A stretch of 64,000 bases of DNA, from positions 4,427 through 68,426 of IMG/VR virus record IMGVR_UViG_3300030333_005233; one strand, written 5' to 3'. Below are positions 19,186-29,129 of the stretch, in pieces. The number at the start of each line of letters is the position of its first letter. Within the stretch, counting starts at the first letter, position 1. A program made the translations under genes and the position numbers. A model generated the notes under the pieces. The model was not told where the DNA came from. It saw nothing but the letters and a program-made list of their open reading frames with translations, and ran no database searches. This stretch comes from a virus.

Positions 19186-19592
19186 TATCTACCTGTACAC
19201 CTATCGCACCTATAGTATTCGCCATACACTATACTAGCATTAACCTTGGTCTTTTTACCACAAACATGACAAGTTACATCTTTTTTTTGTGGTGGCAATC
19301 TATTTCTTGGTGTTCTCTTGGTTTCTGGAGTTTCTACTTCTCTATACTCTCCAGTGTCTGTCCATGTATTTTCTCTAGCACGAACAGGCTGTTTTCTACT
19401 TTGGCCTTTAATTGAACTAGGTTTATTTTTATGCATTGTAAAATCTTCTTGCACTCTTTGTGGTTTTTCTTCAAATTCTTCTACAATGTGTGGTGGCATT
19501 GTAGTAGATTGATCAACAGAGCTGGTAAGAATATCCAACAATTCTTCTCTTTCATCAATCGTTAGTCCTTCTACAAAGTTTTTTAGATTCAT
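19185..19592 (-). CDS. Hypothetical protein with C-terminal zinc ribbon
   Basis: CHVC...CDRC. Confidence 0.65.
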   Translation of the reverse strand: MNLKNFVEGLTIDEREELLDILTSSVDQSTTMPPHIVEEFEEKPQRVQEDFTMHKNKPSSIKGQSRKQPVRARENTWTDTGEYREVETPETKRTPRNRLPPQKKDVTCHVCGKKTKVNASIVYGEYYRCDRCTGR

Positions 19593-20074
19593 GATCTTTT
19601 CCCCTTTTCCATTAAAATGTCTGCCTTACGTTTCAGTTCATACACTTTGCCCTCCAACGATTGGACTCTTGAATGAGCAACTTCCCTGTAATGGTCTACT
19701 GCTGCTGCATATTCGTCATTAACAATAATCAATTGCCTTCTCATATCGTGTTTTGTATAGGGGCTAAATTGATCGTAGTTCTTAGCTACCATCTTGTCTA
19801 GTTTATCATTGCACCAATCCAGTGCGATCTTCTGCATATTTAATTCATCCTGTAGATGCGTAGAGTAGCTATATAGTTCATATGCCCAAGTAAATAACTC
19901 GTCTTTAGTGAGAGTCTGTATGGTCTCTTTGCCACCGTTAGCACACCTATGCCAATCCTCATTAAACTTCTTGTTAAACCTAGCATTGCTAGCATTTAAA
20001 AAATCACTAACCATAGCTTTCAAGTCAGCTAACTGCTCATTCGCCGTTTTCAATTTGTTCTCTCCATTGCTCAT
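19589..20074 (-). CDS. Helical protein, possibly UvsY-like recombination mediator
   Basis: 161 aa coiled-coil pattern, two genes downstream of recA; function inferred from size and context only. Confidence 0.4.
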   Translation of the reverse strand: MSNGENKLKTANEQLADLKAMVSDFLNASNARFNKKFNEDWHRCANGGKETIQTLTKDELFTWAYELYSYSTHLQDELNMQKIALDWCNDKLDKMVAKNYDQFSPYTKHDMRRQLIIVNDEYAAAVDHYREVAHSRVQSLEGKVYELKRKADILMEKGKRS

Positions 20075-20462
20075 CTGTGTCGGAATACTTTAGTGTGATT
20101 AAATCAATTTTATTCTTTTTGCACCATTCTATTTTATCTTCATCTTTAGCTTGTGCAAGTGCAAAATCTGCTTTGTTTTTATGGAAGAATGGTGTGTATT
20201 CATAATGCTGCTGCCCATGAACCTCTATAGCCAACATAATCTGTGGTATATAAAAATCTAAATACAATACGCCTTTCCTGTGTGATTCAGTGCTTCCGGG
20301 TAGTTTGACCTCTTCTAAGATTCTGTAGGAATGGAAAATCTGTTTCAGTATATTCCTTGCTCTGATGTGATACTTTGATCTCTTTCTTTTGTCGTTTGCA
20401 GCAACAGAATAGCTTGTTAAATTCCAAGCGTACTCTCTGCCATTTAAACCTGTAACTTTCAT
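20037..20462 (-). CDS. Vsr/DUF559-like PD-(D/E)xK endonuclease
   Basis: LYLDFYIP...AIEVHGQQHY...D..K..WC. Confidence 0.8.
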   Translation of the reverse strand: MKVTGLNGREYAWNLTSYSVAANDKRKRSKYHIRARNILKQIFHSYRILEEVKLPGSTESHRKGVLYLDFYIPQIMLAIEVHGQQHYEYTPFFHKNKADFALAQAKDEDKIEWCKKNKIDLITLKYSDTDEQWREQIENGE

Positions 20463-20525
20463 TAAAAACCTCTATAATAATTTTAGATAGTAATATGCCG
20501 CAGCATATCTGTAATATTGTTATCA

Positions 20526-21638
20526 TTAAAATAGTTCCTTAATCTTTTCATATACAAACGCAGACACGTCTGGGTTTTCATTTAAAAACTCTAGCGTGTT
20601 ATTAGCGCCTTGAAATTTAAAAAACCTCTCAATATCTTCTTGCTTATCTGACACCTTGTTGTCAGCAAGTATTTTCTTAATAGTTGGATGTTCCAAGTCA
20701 TCTATAGCGCATTGTATAGTATACCACGCACCAGCTGTTTTAATTAATCTGAACTCACAGGCGATTTGCACAACTTCTTGTGTTTCGTCAAGTCCAATGC
20801 CATACCTAATCCAACTTTCTGCTGTACTATTTGGTGTACCGCCAGCACAAGATGTTTTAATATTCCAGTTTGCAATTTGACCAACGTGTGGGCCAGTGTC
20901 TTTTGGAACTTGCCAGCGACCACGATGAGTGATGACCATGTTAGTGCCAGCTTGATATTGTAACATGTTGCCACAGTCTGCCATCTTCGCTGGAGCGTAT
21001 GGCGATCCACCAGTGTTTGCGATGTTATGAGTGATACAAACTAGGATTGTTTTGTTCTTCATTAGTGTGCCACTAATACGCTTGAAGAACATAGACAGAA
21101 GTCTTGGCAGAGCATTACGCACACCAGTTCTGACCTCTCCATCTAGTTCTTGTTGTGGAACCATGTTAGATAGTGAGTCTGCAATAATTAGACACCCCGG
21201 ATCATTATTAATGTAATATTCTGTAATATTTAAAAATTCTTCTGCTGAAAGTATCTTATCGTCTGTAGACTGTACAATTAGAATGCCTTCAGGGTCTAAG
21301 CCTTTGATGCCATCGAAGTTTTGCTTTGATAATCGTCCCTCAGTATTGAGATAGATGACACGCTTACCTTTGGCTTGACATTTTGCTGCAAAGTGCAAGG
21401 CTGTTGTTGTTTTGCCAGACTTTGGATCTCCTGTCATTACAACTACAGAACCTTCTCGTAGCCCACCGCCTAGAGCAATATCTAGCGATGGGGATACGCC
21501 AATAACTTCTAATCTATTGATTGTTTCTAACACGTCTGTACCAGTGCTTACAACGTCACCATATTTGCTAACAACTGAGTTGCTTACAACGTCAGTGTCA
21601 AACTTGCTTGATGTTTTTTTCTTTTTAACTTTGCTCAT
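20526..21638 (-). CDS. recA: RecA/UvsX-like recombinase
   Basis: SLDIALGGG, GDPKSGKTT, IIADSL, GAWY. Confidence 0.92.
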   Translation of the reverse strand: MSKVKKKKTSSKFDTDVVSNSVVSKYGDVVSTGTDVLETINRLEVIGVSPSLDIALGGGLREGSVVVMTGDPKSGKTTTALHFAAKCQAKGKRVIYLNTEGRLSKQNFDGIKGLDPEGILIVQSTDDKILSAEEFLNITEYYINNDPGCLIIADSLSNMVPQQELDGEVRTGVRNALPRLLSMFFKRISGTLMKNKTILVCITHNIANTGGSPYAPAKMADCGNMLQYQAGTNMVITHRGRWQVPKDTGPHVGQIANWNIKTSCAGGTPNSTAESWIRYGIGLDETQEVVQIACEFRLIKTAGAWYTIQCAIDDLEHPTIKKILADNKVSDKQEDIERFFKFQGANNTLEFLNENPDVSAFVYEKIKELF

Positions 21639-22171
21639 AGATCCCTCAATTTGTTAAACATTGTTTTCTGTTTCGGAAATGATTTTGTTCTTCTGACTTT
21701 CTCTTCTTTTGTTTCTTCAATGGGTTTAGACTTTGTGGCTTTCTTAGCCAGCTTTGCAATCTTTTCAGAAGCTTTTACTTCTTTATTATAGCTCTTGATT
21801 GCCTCTAATGCAACTTGATTATACTTCCAACCTCTAGGGCCATAAGCTTTGAGACCAATGTGATATATGTTTTTAAAATAATCTGACTTGATTGCCTCTA
21901 GAATTATATGTTCAGGAAATCTTTTCTGTAGCCCTCTAGCCGCTTTCATATTCCTCATAAACATGTCATGATATTTATTTCCAGCTGTCCAGAATTTATA
22001 AGACGGCTTTTCCATCTTAAATTCATCTGTCCATCTTAAGATCAAATATTCTGCAAGGTAAGCTTCAAATGTACAGTATTCACCAGTGTGAATGTGTTTA
22101 TATTTATAAGTTTCAGACCATTGCTTTTGATGCTTTTTATTAAACAGTTTTGGCTTTTCGCTTTTTCCCAT
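21635..22171 (-). CDS. Hypothetical protein
   Basis: 178 aa ORF, ATGA-coupled to recA. Confidence 0.6.
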   Translation of the reverse strand: MGKSEKPKLFNKKHQKQWSETYKYKHIHTGEYCTFEAYLAEYLILRWTDEFKMEKPSYKFWTAGNKYHDMFMRNMKAARGLQKRFPEHIILEAIKSDYFKNIYHIGLKAYGPRGWKYNQVALEAIKSYNKEVKASEKIAKLAKKATKSKPIEETKEEKVRRTKSFPKQKTMFNKLRDL

Positions 22172-22583
22172 GATAAACTATAACTTCTTTAAAACATTCT
22201 TCAATATCATCTACGCTTTTAATATCTTCGACCAGCGATGGTGAAAGATACATTGTTTTTTCAACTTTACCGTTTCTCAACACGCCCAAGACATAACAAT
22301 TTAAAGTTTCTCCATACATCTCGCCTTTAACAGCCTTGACTACATAAACGCCATCGCTATTGCTTGCATCCTGTTTTACTATTTGTGACCTCCATTGCAA
22401 GCCTATTTCTTGTATAATTAATTCATTTTTATCTACGTAATCTTGAAATTCTTTCCAATCATCGTAATCAAATAACCATATTTGTTTATTGCAAGATGTT
22501 TTTATGTATATCCAGACTCTCCTTCTATTGTTAGAAGACGAGTATGCTTTTAACCAATTTTTGTAACCAACTACGCAATTCAT
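22140..22583 (-). CDS. Hypothetical protein
   Basis: 147 aa ORF in coupled run. Confidence 0.6.
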   Translation of the reverse strand: MNCVVGYKNWLKAYSSSNNRRRVWIYIKTSCNKQIWLFDYDDWKEFQDYVDKNELIIQEIGLQWRSQIVKQDASNSDGVYVVKAVKGEMYGETLNCYVLGVLRNGKVEKTMYLSPSLVEDIKSVDDIEECFKEVIVYHGKKRKAKTV

Positions 22584-22879
22584 TTTTCACGTTTAATTTT
22601 TGTCACACAGTTAGATGGTTTACGAATGACTGATTTTCTTCTCTCGTCTGATATAGTAGAAGCATTCTCAGTCATGACTGTAGCACCTTTATGGTGATGA
22701 ATTTGATCTCCAGCAGTCACCCCGGTTTGTCTAGGCTTGCTTAGATTTTTTGTAATATATTTTTCAATAGAGCTGATTGTACGGTCAAGATCTACAGCTA
22801 GATCTGCAACTGCCATGTCTCTATAATTTTCTTGAATGTAAAACGCTTCAATCTTACTAATTGGTCCTTTTTTACCCAT
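22580..22879 (-). CDS. Small HTH-like protein
   Basis: VADLAVDLDRTISSIEKYI resembles an HTH. Confidence 0.55.
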   Translation of the reverse strand: MGKKGPISKIEAFYIQENYRDMAVADLAVDLDRTISSIEKYITKNLSKPRQTGVTAGDQIHHHKGATVMTENASTISDERRKSVIRKPSNCVTKIKREK

Positions 22880-23204
22880 TGATAAAGCTCCTTTCAGCCC
22901 TTCTTAAAAACAAAGTATTTTTCGTCTTTAAGTATTGAATATAGTAATCAAATGTTTGTTTAGATGTCGCTTTAAGTTCTTGTCGTATATTTCTTCTGTG
23001 ACTGTCTATACCTCTAGGGTCAAACAAGTTTCCATTAGACGTTAAAACATAAAACTTCTTTTGCACTCTTTCTCCAAGATTGATAGATTTATATTCTGCG
23101 TATACTTTTTCTTCTTCGTTAGCAGACTGTCCAGATGAGTTATACCTACTTGCATCTGAACCTCTTTTGTCATCTTTTGCTGAGTATTTTTCTACGTATT
23201 TCAT
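22872..23204 (-). CDS. Hypothetical protein
   Basis: 110 aa ORF in coupled run. Confidence 0.6.
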   Translation of the reverse strand: MKYVEKYSAKDDKRGSDASRYNSSGQSANEEEKVYAEYKSINLGERVQKKFYVLTSNGNLFDPRGIDSHRRNIRQELKATSKQTFDYYIQYLKTKNTLFLRRAERSFING

Positions 23205-23542
23205 TTTTCACCTGTTCTTATATACCTTTCCTTTTGCTTTGCTGTCATCTTGTTTATTTCTTTATGCTGATTCCTTTTATTATTTTGTTCTGACTTGGCT
23301 TTGTTCTGTGCTTCAATTTCTGATTTTTGGTAATGTCCCATATTAGACCAGTTTTTGTCTGCCTGACCACCAATAGTATTGGAGCTATGTTTCATAAAAG
23401 CACCAAGCCCACCGTGAGGTATCCTTTGTAGGGATTCATTTTTGCACGTTGGGCATTTGGTCCAAGCTTCTTCATGGATTGATTGCTTTACGTCCCTGAT
23501 TGTTTCGCCACATTCAGTACATCCGTAGTCGTATAACATCAA
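23201..23542 (-). CDS. FmdB-family zinc-ribbon protein
   Basis: YDYGCTECG...CPTC. Confidence 0.8.
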   Translation of the reverse strand: MMLYDYGCTECGETIRDVKQSIHEEAWTKCPTCKNESLQRIPHGGLGAFMKHSSNTIGGQADKNWSNMGHYQKSEIEAQNKAKSEQNNKRNQHKEINKMTAKQKERYIRTGEK

Positions 23543-24216
23543 CTCTCCAATGCGTAAAGTACAGCACCTATGATTCCATTTCTCTGTATATCATTATACT
23601 CTAATTTACAGATTCCGACTCCATGAACTCCAGATAATTTTTCAATACAGAAATCTAGACCGCTATATTTATATATATCAGTCTGTTTGTTATCACCATT
23701 TATAAGCACCTTAGAATGATTACCCATACGTGTTACAAACATTTTTATCTGTTCTAGTGTGCAATTTTGCGCTTCGTCTAGTATCATAATTGAATCATGA
23801 AAGGTAGACCCACGCATGGTTTCCAAAGGTTCAAATTTAATTCTACGCTGGTTAAAATAATAACCAAACTTATCTCTACCTAAGAAGTATCGTAGGTTCT
23901 CCTCCATAGGTTGAAGATATGGTTTGATTTTTTCGTTTAATTCTCCCGGCAAAGATCCAATATCTCTACCAGTACAAACTAACGGCCTTGTTACAATGAC
24001 GGTATCTATTTCATCTCTAAGTAATTTATGTGCTGCTATTCCAGCTGCTATGAAAGATTTGCCACTGCCAGACGGACCAGTACAGAAAACAACATCGTTT
24101 TCTATAATTGATCTAATATAATTTTTTTGATTCTCAGTTTTAGCCTCCAGTACTTTGGGTTTGCTTGCTTTTTTTTCCTGACGCTTTTTTCTATTATTAT
24201 TTGCCTGTGCTGCCAA
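23539..24216 (-). CDS. phoH: PhoH-like ATPase
   Basis: GPSGSGKS, IVTRP, LPG, MRGSTF, LDEAQN, GDNKQTD. Confidence 0.93.
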   Translation of the reverse strand: MAAQANNNRKKRQEKKASKPKVLEAKTENQKNYIRSIIENDVVFCTGPSGSGKSFIAAGIAAHKLLRDEIDTVIVTRPLVCTGRDIGSLPGELNEKIKPYLQPMEENLRYFLGRDKFGYYFNQRRIKFEPLETMRGSTFHDSIMILDEAQNCTLEQIKMFVTRMGNHSKVLINGDNKQTDIYKYSGLDFCIEKLSGVHGVGICKLEYNDIQRNGIIGAVLYALES

Positions 24217-24622
24217 AACGATTACTCCCTCTTTGCGAATTACCTAGTTCATCTCTACACAATAAAGAAATGAGTGGTACTTCTTGGAATACAATCTGTG
24301 CGATTCTATCCCCACGCTTCATTTGCACAACTTCATTAGATGTGTTGTACAAACAAACCATGATCTCTCCCCTGTAGCCAGCATCAATGACGCCAGCTAA
24401 AACATCTATACCTTGTTTTACGGATAGGCCAGATCTAGGCCAAATAAACCCTGCTAAATTACGGGGCATTTCAATAGCTATGCCTGTCTTTATGACTTCT
24501 CTAGATTGACCATGAATTGTTTTATCTTCATCTGCAAATAAATCATAACCAGCGTCCCACCTGTCTTCTTTAAGACACATCTGCGCTGTTTTAGTTAATA
24601 ACTTATAGTTAATAAAATTCAT
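24197..24622 (-). CDS. dut: Trimeric dUTPase
   Basis: AGYDL, PRSGL, GVIDAGYRGE, RIAQ, RG..FGSTG. Confidence 0.93.
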   Translation of the reverse strand: MNFINYKLLTKTAQMCLKEDRWDAGYDLFADEDKTIHGQSREVIKTGIAIEMPRNLAGFIWPRSGLSVKQGIDVLAGVIDAGYRGEIMVCLYNTSNEVVQMKRGDRIAQIVFQEVPLISLLCRDELGNSQRGSNRFGSTGK

Positions 24623-24637
24623 AAATCAAATCCTTTC

Positions 24638-26821
24638 TCAAAGTATGTCACATTTGCCTCCAGCACAAGCAACTTCTTGCACTGGATTAACGTTGTTTTT
24701 TTCTTCTATCACTTTAGTATAGTCAACTTCTTTATACTCACGATTCATGTCTAACCATTCCTTCCAATTGTATACATCTTTCATGCAGTAAGTCAAGCGT
24801 TTAAGATCGCCATCCATATATCTATCAGCAAATTTTTGACATCTATTTTTATAATCTTTCTTCTCTGGGTCTTTGGCTTTTTCGCCTACACCTAGAAGGC
24901 TATCACAAGCAGCCCAAAGATTGTCTTTATATAAGTCGAGTCCAACTTCAATTAGACCACTTACAAACATTGCTGCGTCTCCATAATGTTGTATCTGCTC
25001 ACTGGGTAAATACACGGTTGTAAATGGAGCCTGAGCATAATCTTTGTCACCAGCAATAGGAAGCAAAGAAACGCCACAAAAATACTTACGATTCTTATAA
25101 ATAAAATCTGTTACAGCATCCCACTCGTCTGGTTTAACATTGATAGTATTAGAGACGTTATGCGTAAGCCAAGGTTGAGTGCATTGTTTTGTATTTTTAC
25201 CACTCATTACCCAATTCCGCTGAGTGCTTTTTACATACTCTAAAAGTGCTACTGCATCAACTTGATTTTTAATTTTTGCACCATCTGGAACTTCTACGCA
25301 AAAAGCTACAACGTCGTCAGAGTCATTATTTGACCATACAGACTCCTCACAGGCTCTAGGATTGATTGTTTTAAAATACTGGTATATTGGCTCTAATTTA
25401 TTCGCTTGGACTCTACGGATGTATCTCTTGGCGTGATGGGGGTGAATACCAGAGGATGTTCCAAGGATACAACTAGATGTACCTTCTGGCTTTACGCACG
25501 TAGTACGAGCGGCCTGATTTACACCTATTAGTGCAGCTAGTTTCTTATTTGTTTCCTTGACAATTTCTGCCCCTTTTTTCTGTACTTCTGGGTCAAGACA
25601 GATTTCATGCTGTTCCATAACGCCTGTCATTGAAACGCCCAGTAAAGCTTCACGACTAATGATTCTTTCTGATACCTCTCCAAGATATGGGAAGCTAGTA
25701 AATCCAGCTTGTAATGTCCCAATTATAGCAGCAGAGGCACAAGCTTCATAAAATTCCTTTTTTGTGGTTACTTTGGCGCAGTTAATAGTAGAAAGATTGC
25801 AGGCTTGCCATCCAGTTTTACCAGTAGTTTCATCTACAGGCCACATACCAATCTCTACACAGGGGTTAACAATCAATTCTGTTGAGTCTGACCATACAAA
25901 TCCGGGTTCACCAAATTCTTTTACAGATTCCATTAGTTCTTTGAATTGCTCTTTTGTTGTTTCATTTCTTAAAAGCAATGCAGAATTATTTGATCTACCT
26001 CTTTGTGGGTTTTCTGTAAACCAATTGCCAGTTTTAGCTTTTGCCATTTCTTCGTCATCGCCAGAAAAAACACAAATGGTAGCACTACGGCGAACACCTC
26101 CGCTGATTACCGCATCTGCACTGTACATCACTATATCGTATGCTTGAATTGGTGTGATCTTTTTTTGACCATTTTTGATTGCAGCATCTAAAAGTTTTTT
26201 AATATGCGTCAAAGCATTTTTAAGAGGGTCTGGTCCGGGTGCTTTTCCACCACTAGATTTAAGGTATGCTCCTGCTGCTCTAATTTGTGAATAATCAAAT
26301 GTAACATTTTTGCCATTGTATTCTGGGAAAAGTTTGCACCCTTTGAAATAACTAGAAACAAGGACGCCTACAGCATCTGACCAACCTTCAATAGAATCTA
26401 CAATCGTGTGTTTCTTTTGTCCATTTTTTTCTTTAATTAAATTTGGTAATTTAGCAATATGATGTTTTTGTACAGAAAAGCCAGTGCCACATCCACATAA
26501 TAGTAAGTACATACATTCTTGAAAAAATCTTACCCTGTCTGTATAAGAAGCTATACAATTATATATTCTAGCATTGTGTTTGAAAACTGGTGAGCCGCCA
26601 AATTGCAAAGCTCTTTGTGAACCAAGGATCTTTTTTTTCTTCATGTCATCATATGCTTTATCAATAGCTTTAGAGACTTCTGGTGCATCTCCATATTTAT
26701 CAATCATCATTTGCCTTACTCTATCAACTGACTCTGCCCAAGTTTCCCTCCTTAATTTATCGCTATCCCATCTTGCGTACTTGGACACGAACGTATAGTG
26801 CATCAATGATTTAATTGACAT
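24638..26821 (-). CDS. nrdJ: Class II (adenosylcobalamin-dependent) ribonucleotide reductase
   Basis: YNC, GGVRRSA, NPCVEI, CNLS, TCVKPEGT, C-terminal CAGGKC; no small subunit gene adjacent. Confidence 0.88.
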   Translation of the reverse strand: MSIKSLMHYTFVSKYARWDSDKLRRETWAESVDRVRQMMIDKYGDAPEVSKAIDKAYDDMKKKKILGSQRALQFGGSPVFKHNARIYNCIASYTDRVRFFQECMYLLLCGCGTGFSVQKHHIAKLPNLIKEKNGQKKHTIVDSIEGWSDAVGVLVSSYFKGCKLFPEYNGKNVTFDYSQIRAAGAYLKSSGGKAPGPDPLKNALTHIKKLLDAAIKNGQKKITPIQAYDIVMYSADAVISGGVRRSATICVFSGDDEEMAKAKTGNWFTENPQRGRSNNSALLLRNETTKEQFKELMESVKEFGEPGFVWSDSTELIVNPCVEIGMWPVDETTGKTGWQACNLSTINCAKVTTKKEFYEACASAAIIGTLQAGFTSFPYLGEVSERIISREALLGVSMTGVMEQHEICLDPEVQKKGAEIVKETNKKLAALIGVNQAARTTCVKPEGTSSCILGTSSGIHPHHAKRYIRRVQANKLEPIYQYFKTINPRACEESVWSNNDSDDVVAFCVEVPDGAKIKNQVDAVALLEYVKSTQRNWVMSGKNTKQCTQPWLTHNVSNTINVKPDEWDAVTDFIYKNRKYFCGVSLLPIAGDKDYAQAPFTTVYLPSEQIQHYGDAAMFVSGLIEVGLDLYKDNLWAACDSLLGVGEKAKDPEKKDYKNRCQKFADRYMDGDLKRLTYCMKDVYNWKEWLDMNREYKEVDYTKVIEEKNNVNPVQEVACAGGKCDIL

Positions 26822-26853
26822 CTACCACCATCTTTCTTATTAAATATGATAAG

Positions 26854-27483
26854 TTAGTTACTAAAAAGTTCGTCAAGAATTCTATGTACTACCCAACTGA
26901 TTATAGCTGGAATAACAACGAAGAAAAGTGCGAACGTAACAAATGCAGAATTTCCTTGCATGTCTTCCTCAATATTAGTTTTTACAAAATCATAACATGA
27001 CTTCCTCAAAGTTCTCTTCTCCCAACAGGCAACATCCTTAAAATCATAACCTGCCTGACTACATATTGTAGCCCATTCTCTTGCATATTGCAAGCACTTT
27101 TTTGCAATTTTATTTCTACTCTTATCGCAATATTTTTTGTCTATTTGTTCTTCTAAAACACTGTCATCTCCAAAAGGAATATTGTCAGTTAAAAGAGATA
27201 ATACAGAGTCTTCATAAGAGAAGTGAATATCTGGGAAGTTTTTTAGTTTAACAGACCCACTTTCTTCCCCTAGAACAATTTCTTCAATATACGCCTTGAA
27301 TGTTATAATTCTTTTTATTTCTGCACTGGGCTTATTTGAGCCAAAATTAATAACGGTGGTGTTATCTTCATGTTTTATATTAGCAACGAAGGGGCTTTCT
27401 GCTTTTATTTTAAATCCGTTAACCTCTAATCCATTTCCGTTGAACAAGTTCCTGAATGCTACATTTATTTGTTTTGGTGACAT
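26854..27483 (-). CDS. Hypothetical protein with C-terminal TM helix
   Basis: AFVTFALFFVVIPAIISWVV. Confidence 0.6.
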   Translation of the reverse strand: MSPKQINVAFRNLFNGNGLEVNGFKIKAESPFVANIKHEDNTTVINFGSNKPSAEIKRIITFKAYIEEIVLGEESGSVKLKNFPDIHFSYEDSVLSLLTDNIPFGDDSVLEEQIDKKYCDKSRNKIAKKCLQYAREWATICSQAGYDFKDVACWEKRTLRKSCYDFVKTNIEEDMQGNSAFVTFALFFVVIPAIISWVVHRILDELFSN

Positions 27484-27486
27484 TAT

Positions 27487-27948
27487 CTAACCTTTCTGAA
27501 TTAGAACCCAAGCTACCCCCATGAAGTAGTCATGTAATTTATTTTTCTCCTCTGTTGTTAAAACGTGATCTTCTTCTCCAATGCATTCTACGATCATTTC
27601 CGTTATTGTTTCTGATAAACCTTTATATTTGTTTACCAAAGTATCTTTAAAAAATATTTTACCAGCCAACGTATATACATCATTTATATCTTGTGACGTA
27701 GCATCATATTTGATTACCCTTTCTGCAAACTCATAATTAAAAATTGCAAGTTTTGCTTTATCCGTAGGGTCTGTTACTAAACCTTCAAAAGCTTGCACGT
27801 AATTGTAGACCTCTTCAGAGGTGGGACTTTGTACATCTATGATTGGTTTAGGATCTGGCTTCGGAATTGGAGTATCAAGTAAATCTAAAATTCCATCACC
27901 AAAAAAAGCGTAGATTAATAGTAGGACTATGAAAATGTTTTTATACAT
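27487..27948 (-). CDS. Membrane-anchored/secreted protein with Pro-rich linker
   Basis: GGAGG RBS; hydrophobic N-terminus followed by PIPKPDPKP. Confidence 0.65.
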   Translation of the reverse strand: MYKNIFIVLLLIYAFFGDGILDLLDTPIPKPDPKPIIDVQSPTSEEVYNYVQAFEGLVTDPTDKAKLAIFNYEFAERVIKYDATSQDINDVYTLAGKIFFKDTLVNKYKGLSETITEMIVECIGEEDHVLTTEEKNKLHDYFMGVAWVLIQKG

Positions 27949-27949
27949 A

Positions 27950-28246
27950 TTAGTCCTCCGCATTAAATAAGGGAAAGACTTCATCTAGCTTTTCTGCTGC
28001 TTGGTCTAATCCTTCGTCTGTACATTTCTCTTTTAGGGAGTACCACAGGTCTATTATTTCCAAAAAAGGTTTATCAGCAACCTCTTCTTCAATTTGGTTA
28101 TCTACGGGCCTGTTTGGTTTATTATTCCAAGTAAACCATTTTTTTACAGAAGACCAATTAAAATAGCTTAAAATTTTCATATTTGAAAGCAGTAACGCCA
28201 CTGCCACCGCTGCTGCTAACCATCTTAAAGTTACTTCAGGTTCCAT
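27950..28246 (-). CDS. Small membrane protein
   Basis: WLAAAVAVALLLS TM segment. Confidence 0.6.
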   Translation of the reverse strand: MEPEVTLRWLAAAVAVALLLSNMKILSYFNWSSVKKWFTWNNKPNRPVDNQIEEEVADKPFLEIIDLWYSLKEKCTDEGLDQAAEKLDEVFPLFNAED

Positions 28247-28259
28247 TTTTTCTCCAATC

Positions 28260-28667
28260 TTAATAATTATGTATAATCAATCCATTACTTTTTAGCACAG
28301 GTCCAATTTTGCTAGTTTTTTTCTTTCCATGATATGGACACACAGTTTTGTGACCATCTCCATGCACGATAATTCCACTTCCACCGCATATACATTTGTC
28401 AGGGTCTGGATGTGGACCAAGAACGTCTGGAGTGGGATTGTCGTCTTTAAAAATTTCTTTCTCTGCTTGGTTGAAAGCTAATTTTATGCCTGACTTCCAC
28501 TCCTCTATGTAGCCTTCGTACATTCTAGTAATATCTTCAGTGTTACAACCGTATGGAGTACCACCGTCTACCTTAGCTTTTGTAAATACATCTTTAGATA
28601 TAACTGCATAAGATGCTAGAGCTAATACTAAAATGCAAACGAAATGCAACTTACCTTCTTTTGTCAT
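28260..28667 (-). CDS. Membrane-anchored protein with C-terminal Cys/His motif
   Basis: N-terminal TM; CICGGSG..HGDGHKTVCPYH. Confidence 0.6.
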   Translation of the reverse strand: MTKEGKLHFVCILVLALASYAVISKDVFTKAKVDGGTPYGCNTEDITRMYEGYIEEWKSGIKLAFNQAEKEIFKDDNPTPDVLGPHPDPDKCICGGSGIIVHGDGHKTVCPYHGKKKTSKIGPVLKSNGLIIHNY

Positions 28668-28885
28668 GGAGTACCCCCGTCTACAGCATTATAGTATGCT
28701 ATATCGTCAAATCTCCCAGTTAACTCATTTTCTATTGCAGTGTAACTAGGACTAGTGTCTAGAGTTGCATCAATTGTCTTATGTTCACCAGTTGCTAAAC
28801 ATGTTACAACTACTGTTCCATTTTTAGATGTTTCTACTGAAGTTTTTGGATTTGTCACTACGTCTGTAGTTGATACGACTGCCAT
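28664..28885 (-). CDS. Small hypothetical (possible virion) protein
   Basis: 73 aa, Thr/Val-rich; AAGGAG RBS. Confidence 0.6.
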   Translation of the reverse strand: MAVVSTTDVVTNPKTSVETSKNGTVVVTCLATGEHKTIDATLDTSPSYTAIENELTGRFDDIAYYNAVDGGTP

Positions 28886-28904
28886 TTTATTTCTCCTTTG
28901 TTAG

Positions 28905-29009
28905 TTAACTATCATCTGGATAAATTATTTTAGTACCTTTGTATACTTTGTCTATTTTTTTATTTCCAACGTACAAAGTACCAATTTTTCTTAATGAATC
29001 TTTAAGCAT
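28905..29009 (-). CDS. 34-aa microprotein, paralog of 29019-29120
   Basis: MLKDSLRKIGTLYVGNKKIDKVYKGTKIIYPDDS*; AAGGT RBS; below track cutoff. Confidence 0.65.
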   Translation of the reverse strand: MLKDSLRKIGTLYVGNKKIDKVYKGTKIIYPDDS

Positions 29010-29018
29010 ATTTGTACC

Positions 29019-29120
29019 TTATTTTTGGAATACTTTTTGATTACCTTTATATATTGAATGTACGGATTTACTGCCTACATATATAGCAGATAACTCTTTT
29101 GCCCCTTTTTTTATAGCCAT
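29019..29120 (-). CDS. 33-aa microprotein, paralog of 28905-29009
   Basis: MAIKKGAKELSAIYVGSKSVHSIYKGNQKVFQK*; AGGAG RBS; below track cutoff. Confidence 0.7.
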   Translation of the reverse strand: MAIKKGAKELSAIYVGSKSVHSIYKGNQKVFQK

Positions 29121-29129
29121 AATAAACTC

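Noticed and set aside
20287-20526. 79-aa minus-strand ORF coupled to the recA stop
   Set aside because: Overlaps most of its length with the better-supported endonuclease gene; cannot be supported
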